Notes under the pieces: model-generated
What the model saw: only the letters and a program-made list of their open reading frames with translations
What the model was told of the DNA's origin: nothing
The model's database searches: none
Made by a program: the position numbers and the translations under genes
NCBI RefSeq assembly: GCF_009914755.1
Contig: NC_060935.1
DNA from: the human T2T-CHM13v2.0 reference genome, Homo sapiens
Length of the DNA stretch: 64,000 nucleotides
Reading direction: 5' to 3' (one strand)
Part shown: one piece after another, positions 41,886-54,831 of the stretch
How positions within the stretch are numbered: position 1 is the stretch's first letter
Layout: each line of letters opens with the position of its first letter

Positions 41886-44800
41886 AGCTCTGCCACAGCC
41901 ATGCTCCCCCGTAACAGCTTCCATTACCATTACCTACTGTCTTTCCCACCCATTTGTAATTTACACCCACAAGAGAAATCAATGAATTTCCATCACTAAC
42001 CCTGATTTTCTGTTTTGTTCTTGTTACTTTTTGCTCTTCTTGGAACATTTCACTTAAAGTGGTGACTTCCCCTGCCCATAGCTGCGTGACGTAATGAATT
42101 GTTCCCGGGTTCCTCGCCCAGGTATCTGAATGCCAGCACATCCCGCATGTCGCCTGGACATGGATATCCATGAATTGCCAGTCCTTCCCGGTTGGTCAGG
42201 GTCTCTCTCCTCAGCTGCTTCATATTCTCACAAACACACGTGGACAGTCCTAACTCAAACTTGCCAGGGAGGACGCGGTCTGAAGACATGTGGACGTGGG
42301 AGCCTAAACTTGGTTTGGGCTTTGCTGCCCTCAGTTAAAGAGTCAGTAGATGGGTTTGTTGTAGAGACTAGCACTCCTGGACCTGTGAGGCTGGTTTGGG
42401 TCCAGGTGCCTCCCAGGCAACGTGGAGCAAGGTTTTCTTTCATGAGTCCTGAGAAGTAGCCTGCATGATAACTGCAGAACCATGCGTCACTTCATTGATT
42501 CCTTCATGCATGTATGCATTCATTTACTCAACCAATACTTATTGGGTTCCAACTATTACAAACATTGAGGATGCAGAGGTGAACAAGATAGAAAAAGCCC
42601 TTGCTCTTTTTTCTAATGAGGAAGAGAGAAACTAAGCAAATACACAGAATAAAAAAAGAGACCACATATAAAGTGATTTCATACAGCAAGATGTGCTTTC
42701 TCAGACTTCTTGGAGGGGCCATATTCTTATTGCGAATGGAGGACTTAAGCCCCTCTTCTTCATTTGAATTAAGGTTCTCCCCTCAGTTGATAAGATACCC
42801 ACTCCCTTTTAAGACACTCAGAGTGCTCTGCAAATCTGCATCCACAAACCTCCTGTCCCCCACTCCTCGCAAGAAGCAGCTGCTCTCCAAGGCCATGTCA
42901 GCCCATTCTTCATCCTTCCTGAACCTATGAGCAAGAAGTCAGGCTATCAAAAACAGCTGGAGCAGAACTGGGCATCATTTGTGTTCCATCTGTCAGGCTT
43001 CACCTGGTTCCCAGGCTTTGTGCCTCTCTCCTCCCTGAGCTGAATCTACTTGCCTGCCAGATCTGCAGGCTCAGCTCTGCCCCAGGCTCTAGGATCAATT
43101 CTGACTTCAGGCAGGAAGAATTTAAGCTGCTGCAGTCCAACTGTGTTGATTTGGTCTTGTCACCCTGGCTGCTTGCTTCTTGTCCCTAATCTTGTGCTTC
43201 ATTCTGACAAGTGGATTGTCTGACATATGCCTTTATCCCTAAGTCCTTCCTTGGTTATTTTCCTTCTACTCAGGCCCTCAGAATCTGAGGACATTCCTTC
43301 TCAGACAAGTGTCCTGCCCTGGCCTCCAGTCTCCTCAGGGATTACATCTTGTCCTTTTAGCTTGCTTCCTATAAACAGACATCCCCAAAGGTGTCTTCCT
43401 GCCTGCTGGGACTTCTGTGTGTTGCCCATATTTGACTTATTTCTTATGTGCATCTCTGCCCATCTACGTAGTAGGTGACCCCTAATATTTCCTGCTGAAG
43501 CCCCGGAGCTAACCTCCGGCCCCAACTCTCATATGGTCCCTGAATTGATGGCTCTGCGCTCCCCTTAGGGCTTGCCACACCTGAGTAGATGTCTAATTCC
43601 TGATCTCAGAACCCCTGCTGTCTTTCCTGTCATAATGCAATTAATCAGACCACACCCAGCTGTGTTCTAAGATAGGACTCTGCCTTCAACTTGGGACACA
43701 CCATCCTTCTTCCATCTTTTAAATTCCCCCAGAGGTCTCAATTGAATAATCAAGAAAACCCAGGGTATCTGATAATCAGATGACCAGGTAATGGAGATAG
43801 AGGCTAATGGAGTTTCCTTAGCTTAGCTGGGGTTGGGGAGGCGGGGGAGGGCAGGAACAAAACCAAAAAAAGGAACAAAAACAAAAAACAACAAACAACA
43901 ACAACAACAACAAAAACCCAACAGATCAGGGCAGCTGTAAGTGAGACATGGCAACCTTGCTAAGTAGGGATCTCAAGTCCCTGTGGTCTGAGGACAGATG
44001 TCCCATAAACCCTCATTTATATTGGGTGGTTCATTCTGCCATAGGAAGTTTATCTTTCTTGTGCTGGAAACCAGGGGAGCTCAAGTGGGAGCCCTCCTCT
44101 CTAAAGCTTGCCCCATGCCCAGAAAAGGAGCCCCACTCCTCACCTCAAGGTGATACTGTTTAAATCCAGCATTTGCAAGCCTTGTCTTCACAGTCCTGAC
44201 CTACAGCCCTTGCTGCTTCTGTACCTGGTCTGTACCTAACCCTCGGCTTTGCCCGTCTGATTTTCTATTTGCTCCAGCCAAACCTCTAACTTTAATGCCT
44301 TAGTTTCTGCTTCTCCTGCTTCCAGTTACCTTTCTCTTCTTTTTCTGACTTACAGCATTCATTCATTTATTCATTCAAGTTCCCTGCTCCTAAGGAGCTT
44401 GTAGTCTAGAGAGACAGCAATTGCACAGTTATTGGTTATAGTTATGAAAAACGTTACACAGAAAAGTCTGAAGATGCTATGGAAAGGTGCCCAACTTCCT
44501 CTGGTGGATCTGGGAATGCTTTCTGAAGGAAGGGAGTTTTAAGCTGTCCTTTAGAAGCAAGAAGAAGGGACTCTGGGAGGCTGGGATGAGGAGGCAGGGG
44601 GAACATGAAGAGCCTTTCAGCCTCAAAGGAACAGCACGGACAAGGGCCCTGAGGCAGGCAGGGCTTATCTGTGTCTCTCCTCCTGGCTCAGCATGGCCCA
44701 CCCTGTCTACACAGGAACCAACAGCTGTCTTCCTCAGCCTGAGAACCTTCCCTTTTGTACTGTCATGGAAGCCATGTGCACACATCCTGGAATTCCCAGG

Positions 44801-45404
44801 ATACTGCCCAGTCTTGGCTTTTGAGCTGAGCATTGAAGGGGCAGTTGTAGGGAGTGCATCCAGGGAATTCGAGATCTTTATTCTCTACACTGGGCCTACA
44901 TGAATGGGTAGTGAGCATTTTTGGCCTTGGAGAATTCATCCCAGGCTCTAGTGTTCCTTATGCTCCCCAACCCTGACTCTTTGAGCCCACCCTTCTCTGC
45001 CCAGGCTTCCAAGGTAAGCATCTGCATCTAACGCAGTGCCTGGCTCACAGTCAGCCCTCCACAAATGCTAGCTGATTTGATTAGATTTGACCTGGGTCAA
45101 TGTAAATAGGTGCAGGAGGAGAAACAGAAGAGAGAAATCAAAGGATGATGACTATAAGGGGAGCCGTGATGTAATTTTAACCTGAAAATTGTCTGTAAAT
45201 AGTCTGCACAGTTTATTCAAACCTCAGTCTTTCATAATCCAATTATATGCAAATGCCCCTGTGGTCTTCCTTACCATCTTGAATACCTGGATAGAGCATT
45301 TTGAAGAACCACAGTGGAACTCCTTGAGGTAAGAAAACAAAAAAGACAAGGAATTCAGGATCTTTAAGTTGAAAGACAACAGCAGTCGTTTAATACAAAG
45401 TGGA

Positions 45405-45683
45405 GGCCAGGTGCAGTGGCTCACACCTGTAAATCCCAGCATTTTGGGAGGCCAAGGCAGGAGGATCCCTTGAGTCCAGGAGTTCGAGACTAGCCTGGGC
45501 AACATAACAAGACCCTGTGTCTACAAAGATAAAAATAAAAATTTAGCCAGACATGGTGGCACTCACCTATGGTCCCAGCTACTTGGAAGGCTGAGGCAGG
45601 AGGATCACTTGAGCCTGGGAGGTTGAGGCTGCAGTGAGCCAACTTGGGCAACAGTGTGAAACCTGGTCACAAAAAAATTTATA
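45405..45683 (+). mobile_element. AluJ
   Basis: Diverged dimer with internal deletion; TSD taatacaaagt on both sides. Confidence 0.9.
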
Positions 45684-45824
45684 TAATACAAAGTAGTCGC
45701 TTCTCCAGTGGAGACAGCTGTCTTCAAACCTCCTTACACATCTGACAGGTTACAAGCATTGCCTTATTCCATTTTTGGAAATTGCCAGCTAGTAGAAATG
45801 CCTAATGTTGGGGCAGAGTTGTCC

Positions 45825-46720
45825 TCTCTTTCTTTCTCTTTTTACTGCAAAAAGTTTTATTTCCATTTGGTCCAAGGCTTGAGAAAAAGCTCCAAGGTGG
45901 TTAAAAAGCTGCCTAGTGGCTGGAGGGAGAGGCTCAGGCAGAAGCCCTGACACCTTGAAGGGGATCCTTCAGAAGTTTTTGGGCCCAGTAGGCTCCTAGT
46001 CATGCCTGAGGGTGAGCCTTTGGAAGAGGAATTTGCCCAGCCTGGCCTGGGGGCCAGTCAACCTATCAAGGTTGGTCAGGTGGTTGTCCACCTTCTTGAT
46101 GAGTTTCACTTCCTCATTGAGGAAGTGGCTCTCCAGGAAGTCAAGATATGGAGGTCTGTGTGGGCAGAACCCAGGACATGAAGATCTAAAAGACCCTGGT
46201 TCAGCTTCTTCTCCAAGGCCGTGGCGGCTCCCATGGCATCCAGGGTTTTACCCCACTCATCTTGAGGTGACTTATGGATGTCCTGGAATACAGCACTGCT
46301 GCCACACTGGTTTTGTATCTTCAAGAGATGCTTGGAGCTCCGTGCTTCTCCTTGTCCAATTCATAGAAGTGGCCCACAGCTTCCAGAGCCACATCATCAT
46401 GATGGAGACAGAAGCCCAGCGAGAGTGGGTGGAAGAGGCTCACTGATGCAAATTGACCAGGAGGTTAGTGGCTGCCTCCACGTCGGTGGAATAATTCTGA
46501 TGAATCTGGGAGCTTCTCATTGGTTGGCAAGAAGGAGCTAACCACAACAACTGTGTGGGCTGATCCCAGAAGCAGGAGATGGCCAAGATGATCCCGGAGT
46601 TTGCAAGTGAAGAGGAGACTGGAGGATGCTCGGAGGCTGGAAGAGAGGGAGTCCCCGGGTCTGTTCCATCCAAACACTGTTGAAGAAGAAACATATTCAT
46701 GGGACTGCTGAACACTCTGC
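45825..46720 (-). pseudogene. Processed (intronless) ferritin light chain (FTL) pseudogene, full length with 5'UTR, decayed CDS (~46520..45996), 3'UTR, AATAAA and degenerate poly(A)
   Basis: Translated fragments SSQIHQNYSTDVEAATNLLVNLH and [56 protein letters not shown] match FTL. In-frame stop at 46440-46442 plus frameshifts. 3' end aagccttggaccaaatggaaataaa (AATAAA 45856-45861) is followed by an A-rich tail. No introns. Confidence 0.95.
46663..46692 (-). promoter_or_regulatory. Iron-responsive element remnant in the FTL pseudogene 5'UTR
   Basis: Minus strand GTTTCTTC-TTCAA-CAGTGT-TTGGA-TGGAAC: CAGUGN loop, 5-bp upper stem and bulged C retained. Confidence 0.8.
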
Positions 46721-47324
46721 CTGCCATTTCTCTTATTGGTGTGAGTTCTGTTTTTTGAAACCCTTTCAATTAAATCTGATTCCTTTTCTATATGATTTCC
46801 ATTTGAATGTTGGAAGATGGCCATCGAGTCTCCCCAAGATGGAGAACCGCCCATGTTTCCTACCACGCTGTGGAGCCCTGTCCTGCTGGCTCAGCTCTGC
46901 ACAGGCTCTGCGACCATGGGAAGGAACATTGAGAGCCCTGAATTGCAGGCACCACTGGCCAATACTCCCAACCCCATCACTAGGCCATATCTGGTCACGA
47001 GGACTAAGTCATGTAGTCTAGCCCCTGTGACCATATTTATTCTCTAATTCCCAGATTTCTGTTTTGTCTCCCTGCCTGGGATCCATTACCTTGGATTGGG
47101 GCCCTGTCTTACCTCACAAGGCCTCCCTAGGAGTAGAGCCAAACCTCTGTCCCTGTAGGTGAGTCCCCAGCAGTTGCTGCCAAGTTCTTCTGCCTGCCTT
47201 CTCCTTGGCCCCTTGCCTGCTGCCAGACTCCACTGGTCCTTTCTGGTCCTGTCTTTGACATGAACTTCCTGCATGGCCTTGGATTCCTTGTTTTCCAGCC
47301 AGCAAATGGAAGGAGTTTTAATGC

Positions 47325-47680
47325 ATTGGTGGATTTAAAAACTAACCCCATCTAAGAATCACCTGGGGGAAACTTTATAGAGTGCCAGTGTCCAGGGCTG
47401 GAACTGGGATGAGAAGTGAAAGGTGCTTAGCATGCAAAATGTAAAGTGCATCCCTCTCTGGTGCCAACTCTGCCCTGGGAGGGCCCTGAGAGTGACTGTC
47501 TCCTTACATTTGCTCCCCTAGGAGCCTGGCTTGCTTTACCCTGGCCCCAGTCCTGCCATTACCAGGACAGTAACACCAGAGATTCTAATCTATGTGGTCC
47601 AGGAAGAAGTCCCAATAATGGTATTTTGAAAAACTAGGCAGGGGTTAATGTGTGTAGCCAGGGTAGGGAATCGCTGGACT
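47325..47680. mobile_element. MER5-type element split by a MER91-type element (47393-47555)
   Basis: agaatcacctggggg..|cagggctgg...cagtcctg|..agagattctaatcta..ggtattttgaaa. Confidence 0.65.
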
Positions 47681-48172
47681 AGGTGGTCTCTCAGGGGTCT
47701 GTCACCCAGGAGAGGGCTCCAAGACCCTGGGACTCCTAACTATATTCTTCTACCCATGTTTGGCCTTGGGACTTTGCTAGTAGCTTGTGATGTCCTATTG
47801 TTTCCTGGAGAGTATGTCTCATTTCCAAACTCCAGCCAGGCTCAGTCAAGCCCATCCTGCCCCCAAGAACCCCAGGCTAACCAGGCCTTTGTTCTGACCA
47901 ATGTCTTCTCCACTTCCAAGCAAAGCTTCCCTTAGATAGCCAAGGTTCCAAACCCTCCATTCTGTTGGCTCGCCTTTGGATATGTTCCAGCTGCCTGTGC
48001 ACCGTCTACGTGATGGGATGGGGAGGCTTTACAATACTGAAGTATTCGGGTACATTTTCATTCATTCAACAAGCATGTGCTGAGGACCTGTCCTGTGCCC
48101 TGCACTGTGCTATTTGCTGAAGAGTACAAAGATAGAGTGATATATTCATGCCTAGGGTAGCTTATGGTACAT

Positions 48173-48450
48173 CAGCATTTCCCCAAATGTGCTCTGATTG
48201 TTAATGGATGTTATACAAAAGCAAAGCAAAACAAAACAAAACAACAAAGAACACTTCTTGGTAAAATGATTTAGGAAGAACTGAGTTCAAATCAACAGGT
48301 TTCTTTATTGCAGGACTTCTCAGAATCTTTAGTTTGCTAACATATACTGTGTATCTCCATAAGAGAAGCTCAGTATAATATAATTCCCAAATATATTTGA
48401 CCATCCACTTAATATGAAATACTCCAAAAGGCACTTTGGATAATGCTGTC
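48173..48450. mobile_element. hAT-Charlie-family element (MER112-like)
   Basis: tgcaggacttctcagaatctttagtttgctaa..ttcccaaatatatttgacca. Confidence 0.55.
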
Positions 48451-48927
48451 ATAGAATGATAAATCTGGAATCAACTGTAATTCTAGATATGAGAGCTCTA
48501 GTAATGTGATCCAAGGTTGCATTAGCTCTTTGAGCAGCCACATCACTCTGTTGACTTCTCAGGAGCTGTAAGCTGGCTAAAATGCTTGGGTCTTTTTTCA
48601 CACAACCATCCTTAAGTAGGTCTTTCTCTTTCGCTACTTGGGCTATCGACTTTTTGGAAGTGGAATATAAGGCCTATCAAGTTTAACTTTATTGGTTCGG
48701 GGCCAATAAAGTTAAAGGAGTTACAGAGGTTGAGATCTTTTTTATCTGAGTCCTGCCCGCCAACATATCAGCTAGGTTTCCCTGCTATGTGTTGCCTACA
48801 ACGTAAGTGAGTAGGCCTTCTTTATCTTCATCCAAGCCTCCGAAGAATGTGGTGAATGTGACAGATCTCTGTATCGCAACACCAGAAATCTTCCTTGGAA
48901 TTGGCATTGATCCTTTCACCTACACCG

Positions 48928-49274
48928 CAGTCATGAGCTGTGTAGCAATGTTTCAGTCGACCATGGACCACATGTGTGACAGTCGTCCCATGAGACTATA
49001 ATCTCATATATTTATTGTGCCTTTTCTATGTTTAGTTATATTTACATATACAAATACTTATCAATGTGTTACAATTGCCCACAGTATTCAGTACAGTAAC
49101 ATGCTGTACAAGTTTGTAGCCTAGGAGAAATAGGCTAAACCCTATAGCCTAGGTATGTAGTAGGCTATAACACCCAGGTTTGTGTAAGTTGACTCTATGA
49201 TGTTCGCACAATGACATAATCACCTAATAACCCATTTCTCAGGACATATCCCCACTGTTATCGATGCAAGACTG
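48928..49274. mobile_element. Tigger3-type (MER7/Golem) element
   Basis: cagtcatg...gactg ends; cagtattcagtacagtaacatgctgtacaagtttgtagcctaggag. Confidence 0.85.
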
Positions 49275-49634
49275 AATTGGTGTGCAGTCATGCAACAAAT
49301 TCACCTAGCTGAGCCCTAACCCTTAACTGGACTCATGGCCCTTCATCTGGGTCAAAGGATAACATGAGAGTTTTTGGGAAATCCTTCATGGAAATCCACA
49401 TTCCTTTAGTCTACCAGTCTGGTTATACTTCCAAAAAGAAGAAAATTAGGCTAATTTGTCATGAGTAAGTCAAAGGTTATTTTATTTTTGTGGTTATAAA
49501 AGTAGCCTATGCTCATTAATAGAAAATGTGGAAAATATAGGCATTTTTAATATTAATTATTATGAAGAAAATTAAAACTGCCCAGTATCAAACCACCTAG
49601 AGATAGTCACAGTTAACTTTGCTATGTCTCTTCC

Positions 49635-49713
49635 TTTGTTTTTTTGAGACAGAGTCTCACTCTGTCACCCAGGCTGGAGTGCAGTGGCACCATCTCAGCT
49701 CACTGCAACCTCC
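49635..49713 (-). mobile_element. Alu 3' fragment
   Basis: ttttgagacagagtctcactctgtcacccaggctggagtgcagtgg, truncated. Confidence 0.85.
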
Positions 49714-50039
49714 TACTTATTGAGTGTCTTCCACGCATCAGGTATAGTTCTAGGTGCAAAAGTAAACAAAAAACACTCCTCCCTCAAATTCCTGCTCTCA
49801 TGGAGTTTGTATTCTAGTCGAGGCTTATAAATAAATAAATAAATACATAAATACATAAATAAATAAACACAATCTCCCAGGATTCAAAAATATCCTGCTT
49901 TTTTTTTTCTCCCAACTTGACCTTATATTAGAACTATCCCTGGAACGACTTCGTGTTAATGAATCCAGGCCAGCTTCTGATGATTCCTATTTTCTTTACT
50001 AAATGTCTGCAACCATCTCTTTAATGGGGCAATCTTTGA

Positions 50040-50477
50040 TTTTTTTTTTTTTTTGGCAAGGTCTCATTCTGTCACCCAGGCTGGAGTACAATGGTGTGAT
50101 CTCGGCTCACTGCAGCCTCAACCTCCCAGGTTCAAGGATCTTCCCACCTCAGCCTTCCAAGTAGCTTGGACTACAGATGCATACCACCGAGCCTGGCTAA
50201 TTTTTTTTTGGTATTTTTGTAGAGATGAGGTTTCTCCTTGCGCCTAGGCTGGTCTTGAACTCCTGAGCTCTTGAGTTGGAGAGGAGTTCCCCTCTCAGCC
50301 TCCTAAAGTGCTGAGATCACAGGTGTGCGTCACTGTACCTGGCTGTTCTCTTTTTTAAGAGATAGGGTCTTGCTATGTTGCCCAGGCTGGACTCAAACTC
50401 TTGGGCTCAAGTGATATTCCTGGCCTCAGCCTCCCAAATAACTGGGACTACAGGTGTGCACCACTGCACCCACCTAA
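50040..50477 (-). mobile_element. AluJ (50040-50344) followed by a FLAM/left monomer (50350-50477)
   Basis: Two adjacent antisense Alu-family elements. Confidence 0.88.
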
Positions 50478-53400
50478 TAGTGCAATCTAGAATTTTGCGG
50501 AGGGTTGATATGACACTTACCAAGTTACAGTCTCCAGAATGCAGCTTTTACCTCTCTTCAAAAATGGGGACAAATGTGCATATCTCCAGTTACTGGATAC
50601 CTTGTCTTTTTCACTATTTCTCCAAGATTACAGATTATAGTTCCCCAGTTTTACCTTTCTGGGATGCAATTTGTCTAGGCTTTAAGACATGAACTCATTT
50701 ACAGATATTCTTTGATTATCTCTCCACCCATCATGAGCTTCAGTCTATTCCTGAGTTTGTTCTACTCTTCCAAGATTGAAGATTAGTCTTCTTGGTAGAC
50801 AAGGTAGAAGTAAAAGGAGTTGCAAAGTTCTGTTCTCTCTCTGCTGTTTATTAGCATTATGTCACCTGCCGCAGGTAGTGATCTCTTCTCTTCTTCTTGC
50901 ACTCATCTTGAAGGGGGAAAGGCTGTGGGAGAATCTGGAGTAAAACCCTTTTATTTTTCATTAGTCTGTTAACTCTCATAAAAAAAAAAATCCTGACAGT
51001 ATTCTTGTAGGACTGAGTTAATGTGCTGCCCTTTTGTATTTGCCTACTCCCTCATTTTACAAATAAGAAAACTGAGTATTATGTTCAGTAAAGGGCATTG
51101 CATAAATCGGAACCTAAACTAGAATTACAGTATTTATTTGATTCAACCTTGCAGTATCCGAGAGATTAAAAAAACCTTGCAAGAAATGGATCACTAGGGG
51201 AGAAAAAGGACCTCAGGAGAAATTTAATTGAGAACCCCTCTCATGGGAGAGGACAATGGATTTCACTGAATGAGCCTCAGATTGTAGCAAGTTTTCCCTG
51301 GTTGCAGACACCTCACAGGGACCATTCTGGTCTGTTCTGCTTGGGGGAATGGCAACAGCCCACTCCCTTTGCCTTCAGCATAGGGCTCCAACACAGGAAG
51401 CCAAACAGCTGGTTCTTCATAGGAAGCCACCCCAGCCCCATCTCTTCATTAACTGAAACCCTTCCTCGGGGGAGCAGTGACAGCTCCCTGTGAATTGGCT
51501 ATTGGCAGTCATGCTGAGGCTTCTAAGCAGCTCCTTGTTAACCTTGAAAGATGACTATTTTAGTTTTCTGGAGTCTCTGTCACCACCTGCAGACAGAAGC
51601 AGATGATTTAAGAGGTGAGCAGGTAAGAATTTTGTGACCTTCAAACAGAGATGTCCCCAGAATCAGTGGACAGAGTCGAATCACTACATGACTGTCTGTC
51701 TTTGTGTCCTGGCTTTGTCCCCAGTCCATTGTGTTAGATAAGAGGTTTTGTGTTACCCTCTGAAGGGCTGGGTTTACTAGGCAAGCTCAGAAGGCATCTA
51801 CAACACTATTTCTCTGTAAACAGCCTTTGCAAATGCTATGTTAGTAACAGACCTGGGTGGATGCCATTTTGGCATTGAAAGTGCCATCTCTTAGGGCAAA
51901 GGCAGTGTGGGTAGGCACATAAAACATAAAATCCGGTTAATTTAGTCTATTTAAATGTATAAATAAATAAAGCTATTCCACTAGGGCATTTTCTAAACCC
52001 AAACCAGGAAACATAAAATTCTTTGTAATAAACAATAAAATACAAACTTTGTTTCATTTTATAGCCAGAAGAGTCAGAAGAAGGCCAAGGAAAAGGAGAA
52101 AATTGAAGAAAAAAAGAAAAGAAAAGAAAGGAGGTTAGAGATGAGAGCAGGAGAGGAAGAGAAGGAAAGGGACAGGCCAGTTAGGCACCGTGTCTAAGGG
52201 TGCTGCCTCCTTGATCTTCTGTCTCTGAGATCATACCCATCTGCTTGTTAATACTTGAGTGGATTCTTGACTCTAAACTCTACAGGGACAGCAACAAGGT
52301 GGATTACTTCAAGACTTACCTGACTTCCTGGAATGAACAATATGGTTTATTTATAGTTAACTGCTGCATCTAGGAGACCCGCAGAACTCTGGTTGGGTCC
52401 TGTCCCCCTAGCCAGTTTGGTCTGATATGCTCTGAACCCTCTTCTTGTCCTGCTGCATCAGCACTGACAACAAGTCTTCTTCTGCAGCTCCTGCCACTGT
52501 TAATTTGGACCCGTCACTTCCTTGCAGTAGAGCTGATAGGCCAACTGCAGAACCGTAGTCTGCCTCCAACTGTTCACTCTAGAGTATACAGATGTCTCCC
52601 TGTGTTTCTTCTACTTTAGATATTTCGGCCATTTGCTATCACACATATTCATGCGAATGCAGGAATTTCACGAGGTACAATTCTCTTCCAATGTAAACCT
52701 GTTCTGTGAATGCCTTCTGCAATAAAATCCCTCTACAAAATGTCTGTGGATGTCTGTGAATGTCTTTCCCAGCTGTTGTAGAAGGGGTTTTATCATCTTC
52801 CATGGGTTTAAACAGGAAAAGAGTAACTTTTGGGTGAAGAGCTGCCTGGAAGACTTCCCCCTTCCATTAGTAGCTCTTTCCTGTATGGTTGCATCCTGAG
52901 TCCAACCAGCAAATGGCCCTCAGCCACAGCAGCTGTGGCTAAAGCTAGTTTTATTCTAATTAACTATTTCCTTCTTACTTACACGGAGCCCATGCTTTTC
53001 CACTTTCCCTTGATTCCTGACCTTGTTTGCCACCATCCATCATTGGTCCTACTCAGCCTGTTATGCCTTCCATCCAAACAGCATCCATTCTCAATGCCAG
53101 CCCAAGCCTCAAGATCTTGGCTTCCTTTGTACTTAGTGCACTGGCCAAGTTTCTATCACCTCTAATTTTCATCTAGGTCTCATTCGTACTCTGAGGCCTA
53201 GATCATCCCAGTAGTTCCAGATTCTAGGATTTTAACCAACACCCACTTGGACCATGTTAATCAGATCAGTTTGTTCCAACAATTTCTTTTTTCACTCCCT
53301 TCCTTGTGCCTATGACTAACTTGTAGCAGGCCCAGTGTCCTCATCAACCAACCATAAATGCTTGGGGTTGGGTTAACACCACAGATGAAACCATCCTCTT

Positions 53401-53684
53401 TCTTTCTCTCCCACTTCCCACCAAAATCAACTGCTGAACATTTACCAACATCATTAATAGCTGTGTCTCCTTTGAGCTGTTCAGGATAAAGCCTTTTCTA
53501 CACAGTAAAGAATGCATGCATGCAATCATATTTATTGATTTTAATCTCCATGGGGTGCAGGTGAGGGGAGAGGTATATTTCCAAAAATTTAGAGGTGTTC
53601 CAGAGGAAATAAAATCATTAGGATTCTATGAAGTTTGGCTAAATAATATGATCCCATTGCCCATTATAAAAACCGTCTTGGACC

Positions 53685-53840
53685 AATAGTTCTCAAACTT
53701 TAATGTGAAGAAAAATTATCTGGAGATCTCATTAACATGCAGTTTCTGATTCAGTAGGCCTATGGGAGAACCTCAGAGCAAGCTTCCACGTACTGCCAAT
53801 ACCACTGGTCCCACCAGTCTGTAGACCAGCCTTGAGTAGT
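53685..53840 (+). mobile_element. MER5-type DNA transposon
   Basis: tagttctcaaacttt..tttctgattcagtagg. Confidence 0.65.
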
Positions 53841-54482
53841 AAGGAGCTAGTGCTCCTCCCACACTGGGCTCTAGACTTGTTTGCATCCCAGGTTCCTCTC
53901 ACCTACCTGAGATTTACCATTTGTGACATGAGAATATTGAACTGCCTGATCTCTTATCCCCTCACAATGCTAAAATGCAAGGTTCTGTATACACCCTTCT
54001 CATCTCACATGTCAACTCTTCTCTAAAGTCTTCCCCAGTTCTCCAATGGAAATTCCCATCCTGAGTTCCATACTTCAATTCAATTCCATTTAGGACAGTT
54101 CAACTCAATTCAGAAGCCTTCACTGAACATTTTTTATGTACTAGGTGTTTTCTTTCTTTGAGACTGAGTTGATGAGGATGCTATTAACCAAAGTGGAAAG
54201 TTGAGTTATATAGATGGAAGAGGAGACTGGAGGAGAATGTGTAAGCAAGTTCGTATTTGCCAAAATAGGTTTCATATTCCTGTAATTTGTAGAAATGGAG
54301 AGGTAGTGTGGCATGGTAGCCTCTAGAGGCAGACCACGCATGTTTGGAACTCACCCCTGCTGTTCATAAGCTGTGTGATCTTATGTTAGGTAATCCCTCT
54401 ATGCCCCCATTTCCTGATTTTAAGATGAGGATAATAATGGCACCCACCTCATGGAGTTGTTATGTTGTTACGAGTAAATGAG

Positions 54483-54831
<349 letters not shown>

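Larger units (their letters stand above)
47950..51050 (-). mobile_element. Fragmented L3/CR1 LINE with nested younger elements
   Basis: CR1-antisense-type motifs (aaggttgcattagctctttgagcagccacatcac; tctaccagtctggtta..caaaaagaagaaaattaggctaatttgtcatga) recur between insertions. Confidence 0.5.

Noticed and set aside
46106-46769. Ferritin-like ORFs as a functional gene
   Set aside because: An in-frame stop after ~26 codons, several frameshifts, no introns and a poly(A) remnant mark it as a processed pseudogene.
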